A stretch of 53,958 nt of DNA from Octopus bimaculoides (Eukaryota). The stretch is taken from NCBI RefSeq assembly GCF_001194135.2, contig NC_068993.1:5232008-5285965 (forward strand). Reading direction: 5' to 3'. The translations under genes were made by a program, and so were the position numbers. This document shows positions 49,453-53,958 of this stretch, piece by piece. A model generated the notes under the pieces. That model searched no databases and was not told the origin of the DNA. It was given only the letters and a program-made list of their open reading frames with translations. Positions within the stretch are counted from its first letter, which is position 1. Each line of letters starts with the position of its first letter.

Positions 49453-49685
49453 GGGTGGCGAGCTAGCAGAAACGTTAGCACACCGGGCAAAATGCTTAGC
49501 GGTATTTCGTCTGCCATTACGTTCTGAGTTCAAATTCTGCCAAGGTAGACTTTGCCTTTCATCTTTTCGGGGTCGATAAATTAAGTACCAGTTACGCACT
49601 GGGGTCGATGTAATCGACTTAATCCCTTTGTCTGTCCTTGTTTGTCCCTTCTATGTTTAGCCCCTTGTGGACAATAAAGAAATAG
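49453..49685 (+). mobile_element. SINE-B full length with 14-bp TSD (1 mismatch)
   Basis: Head ggcgagctagcagaaacgttagc..gagttcaaattc; body gactttgcctttcatcttttcggggtcgataaattaagtacc (Meta-domain-like from memory); TSD gaaatggagagaaa 49439-49452 / gaaatggaaagaaa 49686-49699. Confidence 0.9.
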
Positions 49686-49741
49686 GAAATGGAAAGAAAC
49701 CTGTTGCATGCCCAAGCATGTGTGTGTGTGTGTGTGCAAAA

Positions 49742-49906
49742 AGTCCACTCTGTAAAGTGGTTGGCACTAAGAAGGGCATCCAGCAGTAAAACTCTTGCCA
49801 AAACAGACAATGGAACTTGGTGGATCCTCTGCTTGCCAGATCCTGTCAAACTGTCCAACCCATACCAACATGGAAAAACAGATGTTAAATGATGATGATG
49901 ATGATG
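49742..49906 (+). mobile_element. Element R 3' part inserted in the SINE-A internal (TG)n
   Basis: gtggttggcactaagaagggcatccagcagtaaaac..ccaacccataccaacatggaaaaacagatgttaaatgatgatg. Confidence 0.85.
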
Positions 49907-50549
49907 TTGATTTATGTATATATTTATGTATGTGTTTGTACCCCCACCACCACTTGACAACCAGTGTTGGTGTCTTGGCATCACTGTAACTTAACAGTTT
50001 AGCAAAAGAGACTGATAGAATAAGTACCTGACTTTAAAATAAAAATAAGTAATGAGGTTGATTCATTTGGCTAAAAATTCTTCAAGATAGTGCCCCAGCA
50101 TGGCCACAGTCTAATGGCTGGAACAAGTAAAAGATATTATATAAAACATGCAGAGTTATTTACAAGAACAATTCTGATTTCGAAAGTCTGAGGAATTAAC
50201 TACAGAGACCAGATGTCATAGGTTAAAATAATTTAAATAACCCTTAGATGCATTGCTCTAATCACCTGAGTCTACCTAATTGAAAAACAGATATTAGCAC
50301 TGTGTCCATAGTGTAAATTTTGGCACTGATAAATAATATTTGTCTGTAGGGAAAGGGCAAAAAAAAGTAAGCGTTTATTCCAAGAAAATAATGTATTCAG
50401 CATATAGCGGAACACAGAATTATATGCAAAACAAGCTTCCTCTTTTCTTTTTAGTCTAGAAAATAAAATGTAAACAAATTTTACAATAAGTGTTTATATA
50501 TTAATCTCTGTAGACAAGAGTCTGCCTACAGACTGAACTGACACACATT

Positions 50550-50602
50550 TTGTATGTATCCACTTATCTATCTATCTATCTATCTGTCTATCTATCTATC
50601 TA

Positions 50603-50654
<52 letters not shown>

Positions 50655-50678
50655 CACACACACATATATTTATATCTG

Positions 50679-50717
<39 letters not shown>

Positions 50718-50718
50718 G

Positions 50719-50754
<36 letters not shown>

Positions 50755-50880
50755 TATATACACAAACACACACATATATTTATATCTGTCTATCTATCTA
50801 TCTATCTGTCTGTCTCTCTATTTATCTATCTGTCTATCTATCTGTGTGTCTATCTATTGATTTATCTATCTATACACATG
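50550..50880. repeat. Higher-order compound microsatellite (~110-bp unit of TCTA-TC-TA-CA blocks)
   Basis: The cassette cacacatatatttatatctgtctatctatcta recurs at ~50660 and ~50770. Confidence 0.85.
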
Positions 50881-51420
50881 TTTGTATACATGAATATGCA
50901 TTATGTCTATGTGTGTGTGTAAATATATTTATATATATATAATGAGAGAGAGAAAAAGAATGTTCTTTTATTTCAACCTACAAATTAACTTCTAACATTA
51001 GGTTAAGAGTGAGCGACATTGCCAAACCATGGCAAATGATTAGCGAAAGAGAGAAAAAGAAACAAAACAAAAATGAGCAAAAAAACAAACAAGCAAACAT
51101 AGAAGGACTACTTAATGTCTTAAACTTATGTCTTAGAAAATAATGATATATCACAGATTTGGCCTCAATTTTGCACATTATGACATGTTATTGCCTTCAG
51201 AAGTTGAGTATTTATTGTGTTAATAAGAAGGATGTTTGCTTTACTGCTTGTTATGTGCCACAGTACTGAGATGGTGTTAAAGTTGCAACCAACTGAAATA
51301 ACACATTAACAAATCCAATTAGCAATCATTTCCTGCCTTTATGATACACAATCATTTCCACGTTTATTTATGCCGAGGCGATAGGTACGTGAGTGTATAT
51401 ATATATATATATATATATAT

Positions 51421-51458
51421 AACCCATGCCAGCATGGAAAATGGACGCTAAATGCTGA

Positions 51459-51460
<2 letters not shown>
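51421..51460 (+). mobile_element. Element R 3' stub (40 bp) inside (TA)n
   Basis: aacccatgccagcatggaaaatggacgctaaatgctgatg, with (TA)n on both sides. Confidence 0.8.
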
Positions 51461-51493
<33 letters not shown>

Positions 51494-52512
51494 NNNNNNN
51501 NNNNNNNNNNNNNNNNNNNNNNNNNNNNNNNNNNNNNNNNNNNNNNNNNNNNNNNNNNNNNNNNNNNNNNNNNNNNNNNNNNNNNNNNNNNNNNNNNNNN
51601 NNNNNNNNNNNNNNNNNNNNNNNNNNNNNNNNNNNNNNNNNNNNNNNNNNNNNNNNNNNNNNNNNNNNNNNNNNNNNNNNNNNNNNNNNNNNNNNNNNNN
51701 NNNNNNNNNNNNNNNNNNNNNNNNNNNNNNNNNNNNNNNNNNNNNNNNNNNNNNNNNNNNNNNNNNNNNNNNNNNNNNNNNNNNNNNNNNNNNNNNNNNN
51801 NNNATACATATATATATATATATACACATACATATATATATATATATACACATACATATATATACATATATACATACATATATATATAGATAGATTGATA
51901 GATCAAGAATTATATCCATGTTTATACATGTTTATACACATATTTCTGCATGTACAATGATTGAGACGGAAAGAGAGGGAGAGAGAGAAAGAGACACAGC
52001 TATGAAGACATGTATATAATTATACGTTTTTATGTGCACGTACATACACACTGACACATGCATACATAGAGACGTGTGTATATGTGGGTGTTTGTATTTA
52101 TGCACCTATGTAATGTATATAGTTTGCTGAAGTTAGAGGGAAAGACACAAAGAGGCAGAGAAGCAATTAACTTATAAAATGAATGTCTGTTATGTTTGTG
52201 GTTGCGCTATCAATGACTGCTATATTTTTTTTCTATCACCGGAAGAAGGGCTCATATACCAAATGTGTGCAAATGATACGGAGAGACAAAATAAGCATTT
52301 CCTCCAGACATGTTTGATGCAGTGAGGAACACCTCATTTAAAATCTAAAACAAAGTCCTTTGTCGTTGATGCAGAAAGAATTATTTCATCATGTTGTTAA
52401 AACATTATGTTTCTAAGATATTTATTTCATAGATTAAGCACCAGAGATGTAAAATTATCAATTAAAACATGGAATTTACCAGTACATATATGATACATAT
52501 ACATACATACAT

Positions 52513-52543
<31 letters not shown>

Positions 52544-52895
52544 NNNNNNNNNNNNNNNNNNNNNNNNNNNNNNNNNNNNNNNNNNNNNNNNNNNNNNNNN
52601 NNNNNNNNNNNNNNNNNNNNNNNNNNNNNNNNNNNNNNNNNNNNNNNNNNNNNNNNNNNNNNNNNNNNNNNNNNNNNNNNNNNNNNNNNNNNNNNNNNNN
52701 NNNNNNNNNNNNNNNNNNNNNNNNNNNNNNNNNNNNNNNNNNNNNNNNNNNNNNNNNNNNNNNNNNNNNNNNNNNNNNNNNNNNNNNNNNNNNNNNNNNN
52801 NNNNNNNNNNNNNNNNNNNNNNNNNNNNNNNNNNNNNNNNNNNNNNNNNNNNNNNNNNNNNNNNNNNNNNNNNNNNNNNNNNNNNNNNNNNNNNN

Positions 52896-52952
<57 letters not shown>

Positions 52953-53409
52953 ATATATATCTTGAATATAATTGCTTAAATAACATGTCTCTTTTCATAT
53001 TTTACGTATTCTAAATCTGTAGGAGACTTCTTTGACCAGACTGCGACTATAACTTCTCCTAGGGAAAATTTAGTATTCAGTAGCTTAGTGTTTCAATCAT
53101 TTAATGTCTGTTAGACAATACTCGTTCTCTTTTACTAGACATCTCTTACTTCTCTTCCCTATTAAACAAGACACGTTACAATAACAGCACACCTATGGAC
53201 AGGTAGCAATAGTAAAGTTATTATAGCAATTACCTGTCCATACCAACGACATTGTAGAAACAGAATACTGCTACAAAACTATCCAAGAAAGAATTAAACT
53301 TAATAGTGCAAATCATTATGATTCCCCAGTTAGCTTCTTAAATAAGATTTTAGTCATTAAGCATCACTAATATCAAATTTAGAATACCATTATCCTTTCT
53401 CTTCATGTG

Positions 53410-53605
53410 CTATGCCCACAGGCGCCCATGACCAAGAACCTCAAGCCAAAGATTGAAAATTTATGATTTTCTTGGGAAAGACACAGCAATGGCTTCCTGT
53501 TGCCTTCCGCCGATTTATTTAGTTTACTCTGTTCTGAGACACTTAATCTCAAGGCACAGACTTTGGCTTGGAGGTCCATAATCTCTAACGCCTTTAGGCA
53601 TCATT
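53410..53605 (-). mobile_element. Possible old tRNA/RTE(BovA-like) SINE relic
   Basis: Minus strand ggcggaaggcaacaggaagccattgctgtgtctttcccaagaaaatc resembles the BovB/RTE motif gaaggcaatggcaaaccactcc.gtat..ttgccaagaaaa (recalled); a degenerate head lies upstream. Confidence 0.3.
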
Positions 53606-53958
53606 CCTGAAGAGAAAAGACAATAGTATTTTAAAAGTTCATATAGTTACGTGTGATGACTAAACCGTTGCTTAGAAGCTAGTTGAGGATAGTTTGTAGT
53701 AATGCTCTGTCTATAAAAGACCTGACCTTATACTGATATAAAAACACTTTGTATTCATGGGCCCTGCACAGGGGGTGCAGGAGGTGCAAGCATGTATCCT
53801 AAAATTGTTTTGGGGTGCAAAACTAAAATTTGCACCAATACTTACTTTTCTCAGGTTTAGAAAACAAAGCATAAAATGTGACCTGTAAAAATTAGCTCTC
53901 AGTTAGGTTTCATTTCAAAGAACAAAGAACAATGGATACATATATATATATATATATA

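Larger units (their letters stand above)
49305..50135 (+). mobile_element. SINE-A hosting two nested insertions (SINE-B and an R tail)
   Basis: Left half 49305-49452 resumes at 49686-49738; right half 49915-50135. Confidence 0.85.

Overview
AT-rich, microsatellite-saturated eukaryotic non-coding DNA (intergenic or deep intronic). About 5 kb is N in ~17 gaps, most of them flanked by (TA)n. I recognise no host protein-coding gene, rRNA, bona fide tRNA or CRISPR array. Almost every ORF in the supplied track is a microsatellite or N-run artefact. The repeat families resemble those I recall from Octopus genomes; this is an inference and was not checked against a database. The window is a mosaic of mobile-element debris. 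(1) A decayed D,D34D mariner with TIRs at 7686-8863. (2) Tc1/mariner and piggyBac-like MITEs. (3) Two 3' fragments of restriction-like-endonuclease (R4/Dong-type) LINEs abutting microsatellites. (4) A CR1-like relic. (5) At least four tRNA-headed SINE families, which I label A-D for convenience. (6) An RTE-like-tailed element ('R') carrying tandem 66-bp structured units. (7) Two long foldbacks of Penelope-like architecture. The most intriguing signal is at 41958-42341: a Pol III tRNA-like head sits inside an inverted repeat whose arms carry a minimal hammerhead-ribozyme motif, a candidate Penelope-mobilised SINE/retrozyme hybrid. Second is the 66-bp unit, which folds into a hairpin plus a compact H-type pseudoknot. 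An Illumina adapter remnant and gap-flank duplications are assembly artefacts. All analysis was by eye, so boundaries of degenerate elements are approximate (+/-10-20 bp) and family names recalled from memory need verification.
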